A stretch of DNA of 63,738 bases, filler included, from Reticulomyxa filosa (GCA_000512085.1; 19 parts of 19 records of this genome joined end to end with filler, not necessarily neighbours in it), one strand, 5' to 3'. Positions 49,697-63,738 are shown, numbered from the whole stretch's first letter. Translations and numbers: made by a program. Notes: generated by a model from the letters alone, not told the origin.

Positions 49697-51022
49697 GTTG
49701 AATTAAAAAAAAAATAAAAAATTATAAAAAAATAAAAAATAAAATTAATAAAAAAAATAAAAATAAAANNNNNNNNNNNNNNNNNNNNNNNNNNNNNNNN
49801 NNNNNNNNNNNNTTAATTAATTAANNNNNNNNNNNNNNNNNNNNNNNNNNNNNNNNNNNNNNNNNNNNAAAAAAATGTAACGAGCTCACAGAAGAAAAGC
49901 TAAGAATATCCAATGTGATAACCGAAGTGACTGAAATGACAGACCAAAAACAGAAGTTGGATTTGAAAAGATATAAAAAAAAAAACAAAAACGAACACAA
50001 TTCAAGCAGGAATCAACGCTGTATCACAACACCATCTGTTGCGTATGTGATTCAAACTGTCATGAAAGTTGTGGCTTAAATGAAACCATGGTCAAGGGAT
50101 CCGATCATCATTATACGTCTCATGTACACATGAGAGTGAAGTGGGTGAAAAAGGAACATTTAGTTGATGTCCTTGACATCGAACAACTCAAGTTAATTGA
50201 AAAGGCTTTCACTGACATTGATTCCAAAAATCAATTGTTACAAAGCTTGAGTGCAACAGTGGATAATTATGAAAAGGAAATCGCAAGTAAACAGACAGAA
50301 ATCAAAGACTTGATCATACAAATGAAAGATATATGTTCTGATTTTAATTATGCCAAAGAAATTGATTTGTCAATGAAAATACTCATCCACACCACTTTTG
50401 AATACTTTAAGAAATTAAAATCTTTTGATATTGTAGAGCCCATCCACTTCTTTGAAATTGAGTTCATTTTGCTTTTCCTCCTCACTCACCAAATAATTAC
50501 AATATTTCGAATAAAAAGAGATTACAATTTTATACTTTTTTACAATTTACGTTGTTTACGTCATTCAAACTGAAAAGTTCATTTACAAAAACCCAAAAAA
50601 AAAAAACAGATAGTCAAATAACTATTATTTCGGTTTCCTATAATGGATATAATTTATGCTTTGAGCTGGGGATATGTAGATACATCGACTTGTCAATTTT
50701 TTTTTCAAATAAATTACTAATCCTTCCCTTTTCAATAGAAATCATTTGATATTTCATCACAATTTGCCACATTTGGTTTTTGAGAAAACTTTATTTGAAC
50801 CTTCAAAGGTTACAATTGTCAGTTCATAGCAAGAAAAAGATGAAAATTGCACATTAAACTTTGCATTAAAATTGTGATGTTGTCAAAAAATTCAGCCCTT
50901 GCTTTTTATCTTTTTAAATATACAAGATTTTTTTTTTTTTTTTTTACAGTCTAATTTTTGGCATCATTTTACCATTAGATACACAATGCAATGCGAGAGA
51001 GAACAATAATTTTTTTTTTTTA

Positions 51023-51826
51023 CTATCGTCTTGATCGGAATTTCTGAAAGAATGACAAGAGACGTTGATCTTTTTTCTTCGATTCCTGATATGCACAGCG
51101 ATATGCAGCAGCACAGAACCGCCATGTCAAACATGGGAAGCAGCTCAAGTCATTTTCCGAAAGATGTTGCTGCAAGGAAAAAACAAGTTGAAATTCTTGG
51201 GCATTGGACTGCTTTCGTTCAATCTGTCCTTGTTTGTATGCAATCTCACGCCAAGCGTCTAACACCTCCTTCATTATTGCCAATGAAGTTTTTTTGACAA
51301 ATCCTTTGATTTGTTTTTGGAGTTCGTTTGGCAGCGAATGTCGATACATTTCAAGGACAAATGGAGTAATGAAGTCATCATGCAAGCGTTCGGAGCGAAC
51401 CAAGTTGTTTAAAACGCGCCACAATGCACCAATGTGTTTGATGCAAAGAGTAGTGCAATCGCTTTTGGCATGACTTCGAATGAAGAACAGGCTCTGATCT
51501 TTCTTTTCGAATTGTAGCTGCTGGAACAAGTCAGTCAAAGGTGTGTCCAAGTGGAGTTGATCGAGATCGTTGAACAAGAAGACAATGGCATTATTGAGCG
51601 CTTCCAATGCCTTTTGTTTTTGCATGGAAGAGATCGTGGACAAGTGAGTGTGTTCCCAAAGCGATTTAATCTGAGAAGTGCGAATCTCTTGAAACTGAGT
51701 CTCAATCGTGGCAATGCAATGGCGAATATCCAATTCGTTGCGATATTGGAACAAAGGAATGTCAAGTGCCAATAACCCCCGACCGTGAACAAAGGTGTGA
51801 TAGATATCATTTTCGATGGAAGCAAA
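51023..51826 (-). CDS. C-terminal domain of an RNF213 (mysterin)-like giant protein; 5'-truncated
   Basis: Colinear similarity by eye to the RNF213 C-terminus: IENDIYHTFVHGRGLL.LDIPLFQYR, IKHIGALWRVL, YRHSL..FVKKTSL, FSLQQHL, FP.L...CAAAYRCA. Confidence 0.7.
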   Translation of the reverse strand, partial: FASIENDIYHTFVHGRGLLALDIPLFQYRNELDIRHCIATIETQFQEIRTSQIKSLWEHTHLSTISSMQKQKALEALNNAIVFLFNDLDQLHLDTPLTDLFQQLQFEKKDQSLFFIRSHAKSDCTTLCIKHIGALWRVLNNLVRSERLHDDFITPFVLEMYRHSLPNELQKQIKGFVKKTSLAIMKEVLDAWREIAYKQGQIERKQSNAQEFQLVFSLQQHLSENDLSCFPCLTWRFCAAAYRCAYQESKKKDQRLLSFFQKFRSRR

Positions 51827-51928
51827 NNNNNNNNNNNNNNNNNNNNNNNNNNNNNNNNNNNNNNNNNNNNTTAATTAATTAANNNNNNNNNNNNNNNNNN
51901 NNNNNNNNNNNNNNNNNNNNNNNNNNTT

Positions 51929-54086
51929 TTATACGGAAAACAAAGACAGGCATTGGAACTATTTGTTCACGGAACCTTCCGAGCTGTTCCCGATGTATCC
52001 AGATCTATTGTCACTCGAACTCTGACACATACCAATGTTAAGAGGATTACTTCTTCAAACAAATTCATTAAAAAAAAAAAAAACTAACTAAAATAAACTA
52101 TTGATATGTCTCCAGCTAACTTTTTTTTTTTTTTTAAAAAAAATATATATGTACACAAATATATACACGCGACATTTATGATCTTGTTTTAACATTACTC
52201 TTTTTTTTTTTTTTTGTTTTTTGTTTTTGTTTTTTGGATTGTGATTTTAAATATAATCCCCTCTTCACAACGGATCCCACATTCGCATACATACACGGTT
52301 CACAAAAAAAAATGAGCAAAGAAAAAAATCAATTGCAATGATTTAGTGACGAAAGTATGTAAGGAAAACAAATTAAATGAGGAACAATCTTCGGCAATCG
52401 ACCGATGCTTGAAGTTTCCAATCACAATGATTCATGGGCCACCTGGCACTGGCAAAACAAAAACTGGAGCAGCAATCTTTCAAGTTGCTTTTTTTGTTTG
52501 CCTTGGAGTGGTGAAATTTGAAAAAAAAAAAAAAAACAAAAAAACAACTGGCGACAATGTTACACAATAAAAACCAAGTTGCTATATGGCCTAAAGACTA
52601 GCAACTACACTTTGATGAATAAAATATTTGCATGTGCGCACACGCATCATGCATGCGATCAACTGCTGGAATATCTGGATAAATTGCAATTACCCCAAGA
52701 TATATTTGAAATCACCCGAGTTGGACCCGTTCATAAACTTAACAGAAATGTATTAATTTCTTCTTTGCATTTTATATATATATATATATATATATATTTG
52801 CTTTGACAAAAAAAAATTATGTACACGTATTTTATGTATACTTAAAAGATACTTCGGTATTCATTGGATTACAAAATGAGCAAAGAATGGGAGAAAACAA
52901 AAATGGGTCGAGGACAAAAGAAACCAGATGCAATGTGGAAAAAGGAATTTACAGCAAAAATATTGACAAAATCGAGTGTTATTGTGGGGACATGTTATGC
53001 AGCGACTCATTTATTGGGCCATGAATTTGATGTGATAATAATGGATGAAGTAACACAAATATATGAACCTTTGTCACTGCTAGCAATCAATTTATTGGGA
53101 ACTCTGGACAAAAAAAATTCAAGTGGACTGGGCCAAAAACATTTGATTCTGATTGGTGACCCAATGCAATTGCAACCAATTGTCAAGTCTTCAAAACACA
53201 AAATGGAAAACTCATACTTCTCATTGTTTGAAAATTTGGTGTATTCTGGAATTACCAATGTGGATGTCAATAACGAACATTATTCCAAAAAAAAAGAAAT
53301 AAAATGTTCAAAAGGGCAACAATGGCCATGGCGGAAACCAATTTAACCACGACAACCATTTTTGAAGACAAAGCGCATTTTGCATTATCATTACCTAATT
53401 ATGTGCTTTTAAAAACACAGTATCGAATGAGACCTTGTCTTAGTGCATTTTCAAATGCCATCTTTTATTCCAGTTTATTGAAGAACGATCCTTCTGTTAT
53501 TGATGACGACAACCCAAAATATCAACAGATTGCTTCTATACTGAACCAACTAGAAACCAATTTTTCTTTGGTCAATAATCACAAATATGAAGTTATGAAA
53601 TTTGATAGCATTTTGTTGATCTCTTGCAATCAAAGCGAAATGGAAAGTAATGAAATGCATGGCATTGATTCAACAAGAACTTCAAAGTACAATATTTGTG
53701 AAACTCAAGTCATTGCTGATCACATCTTGCCTCTTGTATTCAATTCTGGGGTCCAAAATGATGACATTGGTATAATCACCCCATACCGTGCTCAAGTACG
53801 GGCATTAAAAATTGCCATTGAGCACTCAACCCAAAATGATTGGGTCCATGTTGGCACTGTAGACTCATTTCAAGGAAAAGAAAAAGATTTGATTATTTTG
53901 TCATTGGTTATCAGTGAAAATGGCTTGAATTTATTTAGTACCAATTTTATTGATCATTCCAGGAGAATGAATGTTTCACTAACAAGAGCTAAATATGGTC
54001 TTATCGTTGTCAGCAACAGAGATACTCTTACAAGTTGCACACTTTGGAAACAATGGCTGGCACAATACAACTTTTTAAAAAGGTAA
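51929..54086 (+). CDS. Upf1-like superfamily 1B RNA helicase, multi-exon, 5'-truncated, frame break at A9 run 53287-53295
   Basis: LNEEQ, HGPPGTGKT, DEVTQ..EP, LIGDPMQLQP, SLFE, LKTQYRM, IITPYRAQV, TVDSFQGKEKD, RMNVSLTRAK. Confidence 0.92.
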
Positions 54087-54544
54087 TTCACCACTGATGA
54101 CAGTAATTTTTTTCATACCTCCATTCATCTTTTACACTGTAATTGTGGAATTATTTGCAAATCTCATTCAATATTTAAAAATTATAAAAATATTTCACTA
54201 AATGTTTAAATAAATATTTTGTTTTATTAGTTTCGCTTCAATAAAAAAAAAAAAAAGAATCATTTTCATTGCAAAAACTAAGAACAACATAAATCTCTCT
54301 TTAATCGTGCAACAATCTTTTCTAAAAACAAGAAATAAATTTAATTTTTCGATATGTATATATATAGGGGGGTGGTCCCGAAAAATCACACATGAGTAAC
54401 ACTTTTTAAAAATNNNNNNNNNNNNNNNNNNNNNNNNNNNNNNNNNNNNNNNNNNNNTTAATTAATTAANNNNNNNNNNNNNNNNNNNNNNNNNNNNNNN
54501 NNNNNNNNNNNNNAAAAAAAAAAAAAATTCTTTTTTTTCAATAG

Positions 54545-54889
54545 AGAAACAATGGACTTGCTGATACAAATGAAGATGCTGAAAAAATCATTCGTAGCCA
54601 ATATCTTGGAATGCAGGAAGTAATGGCACCTGCATTAAGTCTTCATCAAATATGGGAAGAAAGATTCATAAGTGCAGTATGTGCAAGATTTGCGGATTTG
54701 AAGTCAGAGGATAATGTGTGGTTTGTCCTGAAGGCTCATCGCTGTGCTTATCAAAATGTTTTGACTTTTCGTGTGGCTGACGGATCGCAATTGGAAGCAC
54801 CACTCATGTATCACCAACAAATCGGTTGGGATCCATCCTTCACTGGAAGATGGGATTTATGGTGTATCAATGTACACTTCAGAAAGTAA
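54545..54889 (+). CDS. Last exon of an unknown protein
   Basis: TAG acceptor, then an open protein-like frame ending GRWDLWCINVHFRK*. Confidence 0.45.
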   Translation, partial: RNNGLADTNEDAEKIIRSQYLGMQEVMAPALSLHQIWEERFISAVCARFADLKSEDNVWFVLKAHRCAYQNVLTFRVADGSQLEAPLMYHQQIGWDPSFTGRWDLWCINVHFRK

Positions 54890-55532
54890 CTTTTTCTTTT
54901 TTTGACTTATTCCGTTTGTCAAAAATTTGGTTAAAGGTGAAGAAGAAACAAAGAAATTATTTTTCATTCGCACACAGAGGTCACATTAGCACACTTTTTC
55001 GGTTTTCTGTTTTTATTGGAGTTTGGTTGGAAGAGCTTCAAACAAATAAAAGTCAGTAGACTATAACCAATTCAAGTAATGCAACATCACATCTTTTTTT
55101 TTGTAATACAATTCACAGCTGTGTGAATTTCTTTTATTTTAATTTTAACTCGTTCAGTGCCACAAATACAAATTGGCCTTTCCATGAAGAAAGCATAAAC
55201 GTTTCAAATCCATATTGGGAGACAGACTGCTTTAATGCCTCAAGAAATTGTACAAATTTGGAGAATTTGCATAACAAAAAAGTAAAATAAGCATGTTGTG
55301 ACATAAAACAGAGCCAAAAAAAACACAAAAAAAAAAAGCATTAGTTAGTTCAATATTAATTTTTGTATCTAGCGATAAGACATAATTTTTGGTTTTGGTT
55401 CAATTTTCGAAACAAACAACAATTGACACACTGCAAATAGAAAAGGAGGGAAAACATAGAAATAAGAAGTGGATTTTTTATTATCAACCACTCACCCAAC
55501 CTTTAATTTGACTATACAATTGTAAAACTGCA

Positions 55533-57149
55533 TTAACACACACAAATGCTGCTAAAATAGTGGTAATCCAGCGTTGGGAAAGAGAAGTGCGATCTGTCTT
55601 CCACACCACAAGAGCAGGAAAAACGAAGCAGCCTGTATATTTTCGATGTAAGTTTATGTTTGGAAGGGAGGAGAGAAAAATAGCAAATAACAGTGCATGT
55701 ACAAGGAGTCAAGTACTCAACAGACGGGTAAAGTAGTACAGCCAATCAACGCATTGACTTGCCCAATGTTTGTAGCGACTAGGGCAACTCCAAAAGCAGA
55801 CAAAACAAAAACAACAGTGACAATGACATGTTGTTTCAAAGGCAATGCGAGAGGATCTTCGCTCGGTTTGGAAGGTGTGGCAGTTTTTGTTTTTTTCGGT
55901 TTTTTGGATTTGTGACGACCATCAGTAATATCATCATCTTCAAGACTATCACTACTACCTGATGCCTGAGAAGAATCATCCACCCATTTCGACCCGTTAT
56001 TGTTCTGTTGCGAATTAACCAACAGCTGAGAATGTTTATTTTCTTTCCCTAGTCTTTGCAATGTGGAAGGTGAAAGATTGGGAACATATGCGACATGAAT
56101 TGCAGGATTTTCAGCAATTCTAAGTGCCTCTGATTTCTATAATTATCAACATACATTTATATTTGCATATGTATTGTATACGTAATATTACAAGACAAGA
56201 CAAAACATCTTCAGGGGACAAGAGCAATTCAGCAAAGGACTTTCGAAAGGCATGAGCAAACAAAGGGACAACACTAATAACATAGATGCACAACAAAATG
56301 GCGGCGGCGAGCATGACAGGATTGTGGCGATAGTCGGAAGAGAGTAGATTGGGACTGACATCGTCGGGGAATGTGAAATACCCGAAATAGGCAAAGGCCA
56401 GATACAAGACTAAAGTGAAGCCAAACCCGTACAAGATGCACTTTTTAAAGCGGTCCGGCCCTCGTTTGTGCATTTCAAAGTAGATGGGCAGCACCGTGGG
56501 ATGTGCAGCAAACCCACCAAGCATCACGCAATTGAATACGTGTGCTTAAAAAAAAAAAAAAAATTCATTAAAGAAAAATTCTTCCTCCCCCTTTTTTTTT
56601 TTAAAAAAAAAAAACTTGAAGAAAATCATGAGCCACAAATTGCAAATCGGCGATACTTTTGAAAAAGCAATGTCTGTGATATTCACAATATGTGTCACCA
56701 TCCTCGACATTGCAAGGCGAGCCGTTACACCAGGAGAAGAACAGCCCGATGACAACGGCGCACGTGAAGCACAGAATGAACAGACCAGCCATGGACGAGT
56801 AGCGCAGCGCGCTGACCTTGCGCATGAGTGCCAGAGGCATGACGATGACGGCGACGCACAATGACAGCAGTATAACGTCATCGTCCCACACGCCGCTATT
56901 ATCTTCTCCGACAATGATATGCACAGCTGATGTCAGCAAGGTCTTTACTAATGTCATATACGACACGCACGCGCTCCACAGCAGTCCGATCAACGCTGCT
57001 TGCATCGCTATCGCCACTCCACCTCCATACAAGTGCTTCGCCAAACGTCGATAGCTATTGCATCCGCAGACCTCGCTGCAATACACTAACACGTTTGTCG
57101 TGTACGCTGCTCCAAAGCATGTCAGCAATAGGTACACCAGGCCCATCAC
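55533..57149 (-). CDS. Amino-acid transporter (AAAP/SLC38, Aa_trans), multi-exon, 5'-truncated
   Basis: SY..LA..LYG, MPLALMRKVSALRYSS, FAAHPTVLPIYFEM, FGYFTF..V.PNLL, V.ALIG.T. Confidence 0.92.
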
Positions 57150-58619
57150 TGTCCCACTTTGCTTTATTGCATACGATAATGTTAGTGTCCCTTTTTTTTT
57201 TTTTCGAATTTGCGGAGTGAACCTTTTTTTTTTTTTTCTTTCCTCCCTCTCCCCCCCCTCCTATCCCCCCCTTTTTTTTTTATTAAAAAAAAAAAAAAAA
57301 AAAAANNNNNNNNNNNNNNNNNNNNNNNNNNNNNNNNNNNNNNNNNNNNTTAATTAATTAANNNNNNNNNNNNNNNNNNNNNNNNNNNNNNNNNNNNNNN
57401 NNNNNACATTTGACAAAATCCAACAAAAAGATAACGTATCATTATTTAAAAGATACAATGTCTCAATTTGATTTGTATTTTGATAACCCAAGACGACAAT
57501 TCTTACTAAGGGGGAATTTAGGAGTCTCTGAACCTGCGCACGCATGAGTGAAAGCAATAACAAAATGTTGCCTCCGCACATAAATGCATTCAATCTCACA
57601 AGACATCCGAATTAATCCATTGTAGTGGATTGATGGTGTTTGGTAAAAAAAATAAAAAAACTTCCAAACATTTTGTGAGTCTTGAACGCTATACATAATC
57701 ACAAATTGAAATATTTTTTTATTTTAAAAAATAAACAACATACATTTGCTGTGGGCTGACAGCTCCAATCCCAATCAAAAACTATTTTTTTTTTCTTCGT
57801 TACGAGAGGAGTGGTAAATAAAATTTTTTTGGGGGGGCACGCCTATTGACAACAAACAAACATTTGATAAAAAAAAATTAAAAAAATAAAATATACAAAC
57901 CATTTTGTTTTTTTTGCAACACTGGATAGCTTCAACCCCGAAATTGTTCTTTGTTGAGAGTTGGGAGTGGGACGTATACATTTATTTTTTTGGACGGGCT
58001 GAGGCTGTTAATCAAACAAACAAAGTCAATTATGTCAAAAAAAAAAAGTATAAATATATAACAAACCATTAGTACTCCTTGCGGAGACGGGGCCTTACTC
58101 TGTATACTTTTTTTTTTTCTCTTGGTGAATGATGCAAAGCATCAACAAAAAAGATATCTTTTTTTTTCAGGTTGCGCGATCTGTTCAAAACAAAATCACT
58201 TTTTTATCCAAAAAAAAATTTTCAAAAGTGTTCGATAGGGGGGATGTAGTGCAAGTTTTTTTATGTTGGTTTTTGTAATGCTTCCTTTTCGACAACAAAG
58301 AATAAAGCTCCAATGGCCTTTGCTCTCAGAAAACAAAAGATGAAGAGCGTTGAAAGCAAATCATGGAAGTAATCAGTCGATTAAAGACATTATGTAAGTC
58401 GTTTCAACGACGGAAGAAGCGAAGGCATAATCATTGAGTAAATCGTCAAAAATACTTGATTGACGCTTAGCAAGCATGGGAGCAAGATTGGGTAACTGAG
58501 AAAAATCTTAGTGAATAGAGGATATTCCTTCTCAACAACCTCCGAAAAGGAAATTGTGCGGAGCATTAATGAAAAAAATAATAATTGTGCATATACAAAG
58601 CAACAAAAAAAAAAGACCG

Positions 58620-59620
58620 ACTATTGTTATAAAACCAATCCTAACACAGTTTCAAGAAAGATAGTTTGTTGAAACTGAATTCCGTTCAAGTGATCATTTA
58701 AAAACAGATGAATAAACAAAGCAAACAAGGTGATGCAATGAAAAATGTTGCATTGACCATGCTCGGCATACCAAGCACTGACTTTGAGTTTGTGATTAGA
58801 ATAGTCAATGCAAACATTTTCTTTATTATTCCAAACATAGTGTTTTTTTTTTGGAGTATTGATTGTGGAAAATAATAAAATAATAAGGAAACTTGGCATT
58901 CCGTGAATGAGCAATAACATCTCCATTGTAATCAACTTGAAAGTTGTCCACACAAGCAATTGTAACATATTCAAAATCACTTTGATACGTATTCAACTGA
59001 TTGACCTTGCGCAAGAGGATCCGCAAATGATGTGTAACCTGAAACGAGACAATGAAATGTTCCTCCTTAAACAATGCAAATAAACGCATGAATAACGTAC
59101 AATCAGACGAATCCAATTTATCAGCCGTCCATACACGAGTTGCATAAGTCCATTAAGTTGGTGATGATACTATGGTGTTGACCTTTTCCATAAACAAGGT
59201 CAAAGTATCCACATCTTGAAGAAAGCACTTGACTTTTTTCAGCAAGTGACAGATTTGTGTGAGATTGTTTATCTTTCGCTACCAGTTGCAGTTGATCATA
59301 GTTATCCATTAAAAGGTAACATTTGGCAATGGTAGTTGCTAAAATAGCAAAACGCTGTCTTTGCTGTGGATACCATAGCTTCAATTGTTCGATCAATGAG
59401 TCGAACTACTTTGCTTGTTTCTCCTCAAATGGCATGTCTTTGTTTACATAATTCTATTACAAACAATTGACTCTGTTCTATCCATTGCATCAGATTATCT
59501 CCAATGCCCAATTTCTGATTCACTTGCTTGGTTCGCTCACTCTATTCTTGCACACTTGGCTTTTCGAGTTTCATTTGGAGGGACTTTTTTTCTAGTTGCT
59601 TTTTGCAAATTTTTTGGAAA
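58620..59620 (-). pseudogene. Decayed helical protein gene (family not recognised)
   Basis: Overlapping protein-like ORFs in different frames (59121-59396, 58826-59116, 58627-58980) separated by stops or shifts without clear introns. Confidence 0.3.
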
Positions 59621-59832
59621 AAGATTGACAATTGTAATTATAGTGAGTTGATGTTAAGAAAAAGAAATGGTACTTGTTTAAAAAATCCAAATTTTTGAAA
59701 CAATAGGAAAGAAAATAAAAACCAAAAATTTTTTTGTCAAAAAAAAAAAAACACTTTGCTTTGTTACTTACCCCTTCTGTGCTAACTTCAAAAAAAAGAG
59801 ATTCTCTATTCCTTTAGTGAACTTCAAGAATA

Positions 59833-59908
59833 ATGCGCGAAATCATAACAATAGAAGTCGGTCAAGCGGGCATTCAGATCGGAAATGCAGTGTGGGAGCA
59901 GTACTGTG
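59833..59908 (+). CDS. Alpha-tubulin N-terminus, divergent (Retaria alpha2-type)
   Basis: MREIITIEVGQAGIQIGNAVWEQYC; too short for the ORF track and truncated by the gap. Confidence 0.85.
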
Positions 59909-60888
59909 NNNNNNNNNNNNNNNNNNNNNNNNNNNNNNNNNNNNNNNNNNNNTTAATTAATTAANNNNNNNNNNNNNNNNNNNNNNNNNNNNNNNNNNNN
60001 NNNNNNNNGCAAAGAACATGCCAATAAGTCATATCGTTTTTATACGTCATTTAATGCAAAAAGATTGGAGAAACAGTTGATTTTACAATTGGTCATGTTA
60101 AACAAAACAATATGGTGAATTCAATGAAAAAACTACCAACACATGTGACGATAAGCAGATCAAAAGAAGGAAGATTTTTGTCATATTCAATAGTAGAAAA
60201 TTGGTGAGTTGCATTACAAAGACTGTACTGAACAACATGAGATTGCTATAATGACTATACGAAAGGTATTGAGAGATTTGTGGCGTTTTCTGTATTTGGA
60301 TATCATGCTCTTGTACTCTTCGTAGAGGAATGCAACAGAGAAAAAGACTGCTTATTTACTTTTAGAATGGCGGCACAGTTATTTCGATTTTTTCAAATTT
60401 CAAACAAAAACCAAGTCAAGAAATTGTATGTTGTGTACTATATATAATTTTGGCATTTTAATGACATTGAAATAGCGAACGAATGCAAAGGTTTTGTCGA
60501 TATCCCGTCATTACATTACAAATTTGATCGTATGAAAGATAAACCATTTTTCTATGCCGACAGCTATGAAACACTTGTTCTTTTCTGTTGAAATTTACTG
60601 TGGTCCTGCTTTTCCATTTTTTGTTTTTAATTGGAATTATTTTTATTTTTATCCGTTAGGCTTTTTATTTGAGCGACTGAGATAGCTTGAAAAGAATTTT
60701 GAAATGAGAAAAACATCAACTTTTTTCTGCGTTTAGTTGTTGCGAATGTATATAAAACAAAGTGCAACAAATCACATTTTCCCAATGCTCGGCATTGCTG
60801 CAAATCATTTACCACAAATTTTTTGTTTTTCTTAACGTGACTTTATTGCTCGTTTGACGTTCTTCTGAGGGGACAAACTGAGTAGAAA

Positions 60889-62520
60889 ATGTCGAGTGGA
60901 GACTTTAGTTGTTGGAGCAGCACGAAATCCACCTTGGCGTTGGTGCTTCCACATTTATTAAATGTGCTCATGGTGGCGCTAGTGCAAAAAATGAAAATGT
61001 GCAGTTCAAACGGGAACGGACAAACATGTTTGGACCATCACGCCAATATAAATATATTTGTGATATCAATGAACAATTCTATCAGCTACGTGTAGAATTG
61101 ATAACATGGAAACGTGCACAATATCCACAAATCAATGGCCTGACAATCGTATCGTTGGTGCAAATATTCAACAAGGAGTCAATACCATCAAAGAATGAGA
61201 GTATACGTATTGCCCAACAAGCTACCGATAAATCCAAAGAAGAGCTCACATAACAAAACGCCTTCCATAAATATGTTCCCGTTTACGCCGACAATATCCC
61301 CAGCGTTTTATAAACTGGCCTTCAAATCGATATTGCACAGGTAAATAACATTGAGTAAAAGATCAAATGTGAAAAAAAAAAATGTTCATTAAAAAAAAAA
61401 AAGTGTACGTTTACGTATATCGGAGATAATAAAGTTGGTATGGATTGCACATATAAGGAATTTGATTCAAATGATTTTAAAAAAAATAATAACAAAAACA
61501 ATAGTGTACTTACAAATGGCGAATGTGGAAGTGTTGATGACACTAATATCGAATGGAATGTGCAGATGGTGCCAGCAATCAGGAATGAGTAGGACATTCA
61601 AGGCACTGTTTTGCAATCAATTGTTCCGGGTACCACATCGACACGAGCGCAGAATTCAGCTGCAAACACTATCTATCGTCGCAGCAAATTTGTCATATCA
61701 ACATATCGCTGCCCAATTCTTATAATCCATTTGCACAATTTCGCCTGCTATGTTAAGTCGTTTTTTTTTAATTATTTTTTTTAAAAAAAGCAACAAACAA
61801 AAAATTGTATATATCATACAGGTTATCAAGATACACAATGATTTGATGGTATTGCAAAGTTATTCATGGACAGACGGCGATGAAAATTCCAACGTATGGT
61901 TCGACCAGCAGCCGCTGGTACAAGTCGTAAATGAAAGTCCGTCTCCATTACTCAATTGCCCATCACATGCCCTTATGGCGATTGAAGCGCTATTGGCGCA
62001 AATAAGAGAAATATGCATAACGCAACCGACGAGCAATTCTATTGCAAGTCGGCCGTGATGCTTATACTCTTTTTTTGTCCAAAAATGCGCTGATTCTCCA
62101 ATAAGTGGCGTCCAGTGGCATCTGTGTCGTCAATGCAACACAAGCATGACTTTGTGCACCTATCGACTCGCTTGCATTCACATATCGTTCCAGCTACAAC
62201 ACGATAATTGTATTTACATATTTGCGATCAATAATGCCTTGAATCTACAAACAATTCCATTGCATACAATCTATGTCGACTATGTCCTGCTGCTAAGTTA
62301 GCTTTCTTTTCTTTTTTTGTTTCTGCAGCATAGACATTTTCTCTTGGATGTGACTTGTGCATAGTGTACGTGTGGAACGTGGAGATGTGAACGAGGCGAC
62401 ACAAATGATTATACAAATTGGCCAAGCCGCAAATGAAAATTGAATTCCGCCATTTATTGTTGTTGGCAAAGCAATGCGAGCGGTGGATTAAAATATTGCG
62501 CACCAGAGAAGGTAACATCT
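60889..62520 (+). pseudogene. Decayed intron-containing gene of unknown family
   Basis: Protein-like frames continue through stops (KEELT*QNAFHKY..SVL*TGLQIDIAQ|GTAAAT; SIASRP*CLYSFF) with retained splice signals. Confidence 0.4.
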
Positions 62521-62728
62521 TTTCTTTTTGTTCATGTGCAATCTGTAAATATATATTGTGTGTTTGTTACAATAGAATCCTCCCCAATTGTGATTAGAAA
62601 AAAAAAGAAGAAAAAGGGGTAGAAACCANNNNNNNNNNNNNNNNNNNNNNNNNNNNNNNNNNNNNNNNNNNNTTAATTAATTAANNNNNNNNNNNNNNNN
62701 NNNNNNNNNNNNNNNNNNNNNNNNNNNN

Positions 62729-63675
<947 letters not shown>

Positions 63676-63738
63676 TCAGCATGTCATTTGTGTTATTTGT
63701 GTTTCTCAAAACTCGTATTATTTAATCCTCCCCCCCCC

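Noticed and set aside
50088-50573. 161-aa ORF with a coiled-coil-like middle
   Set aside because: No recognisable family, upstream frame broken, and the tail reads like AT-rich non-coding DNA.
2766-54086. An immunity island (RelA-SAM, Kelch-WD40, TPR, NTase, RNF213-like, Upf1-like)
   Set aside because: These genes sit on different concatenated contigs; there is no evidence of physical linkage.
4948-62728. Repeated TTAATTAATTAA units as a CRISPR-like array or biological repeat
   Set aside because: Always centred in exactly 44+44 N; an assembly linker with six-frame stops.

Overview
This window is not one locus. It is 19 short draft contigs joined by 18 artificial 100-bp spacers (N44-TTAATTAATTAA-N44), so adjacency across spacers has no biological meaning. 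Eighteen contigs are very AT-rich eukaryotic DNA with short GT-AG introns. A divergent alpha2-type tubulin N-terminus and the styles of the WD40, Kelch and TPR genes point to a foraminiferan, most likely Reticulomyxa filosa (inference). One contig (37329-39322) is GC-rich bacterial DNA encoding a Fiu-like TonB-dependent receptor. Recognisable host genes: WD40 protein, GT32 glycosyltransferase, SRPBCC protein, CLK-like and SNF1/CIPK-like kinases, transcriptional cyclin, PT-repeat type I surface protein, CHD remodeler, RBR E3 ligase, Kelch+WD40 fusion, two TPR proteins, gamma-tubulin complex protein, HROB, Rho GTPase, SAM protein, TRF4/Cid1-like NTase, RNF213-like C-terminus, Upf1-like helicase and an amino-acid transporter. 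The most novel signal is a spliced minus-strand gene (2766-4947, decayed in this copy) joining a RelA/SpoT-like nucleotidyltransferase, a SAM domain and a roughly six-bladed beta-propeller: a candidate sensor-oligomer-alarmone receptor. Other highlights are a shared 'W..xx.GW..xx..I..Y' linker exon in two propeller genes, a duplicated unnamed extracellular domain with a conserved intron, atypical splice signals, and several frame breaks at poly-A runs. All gene models were built by hand; no searches were run.
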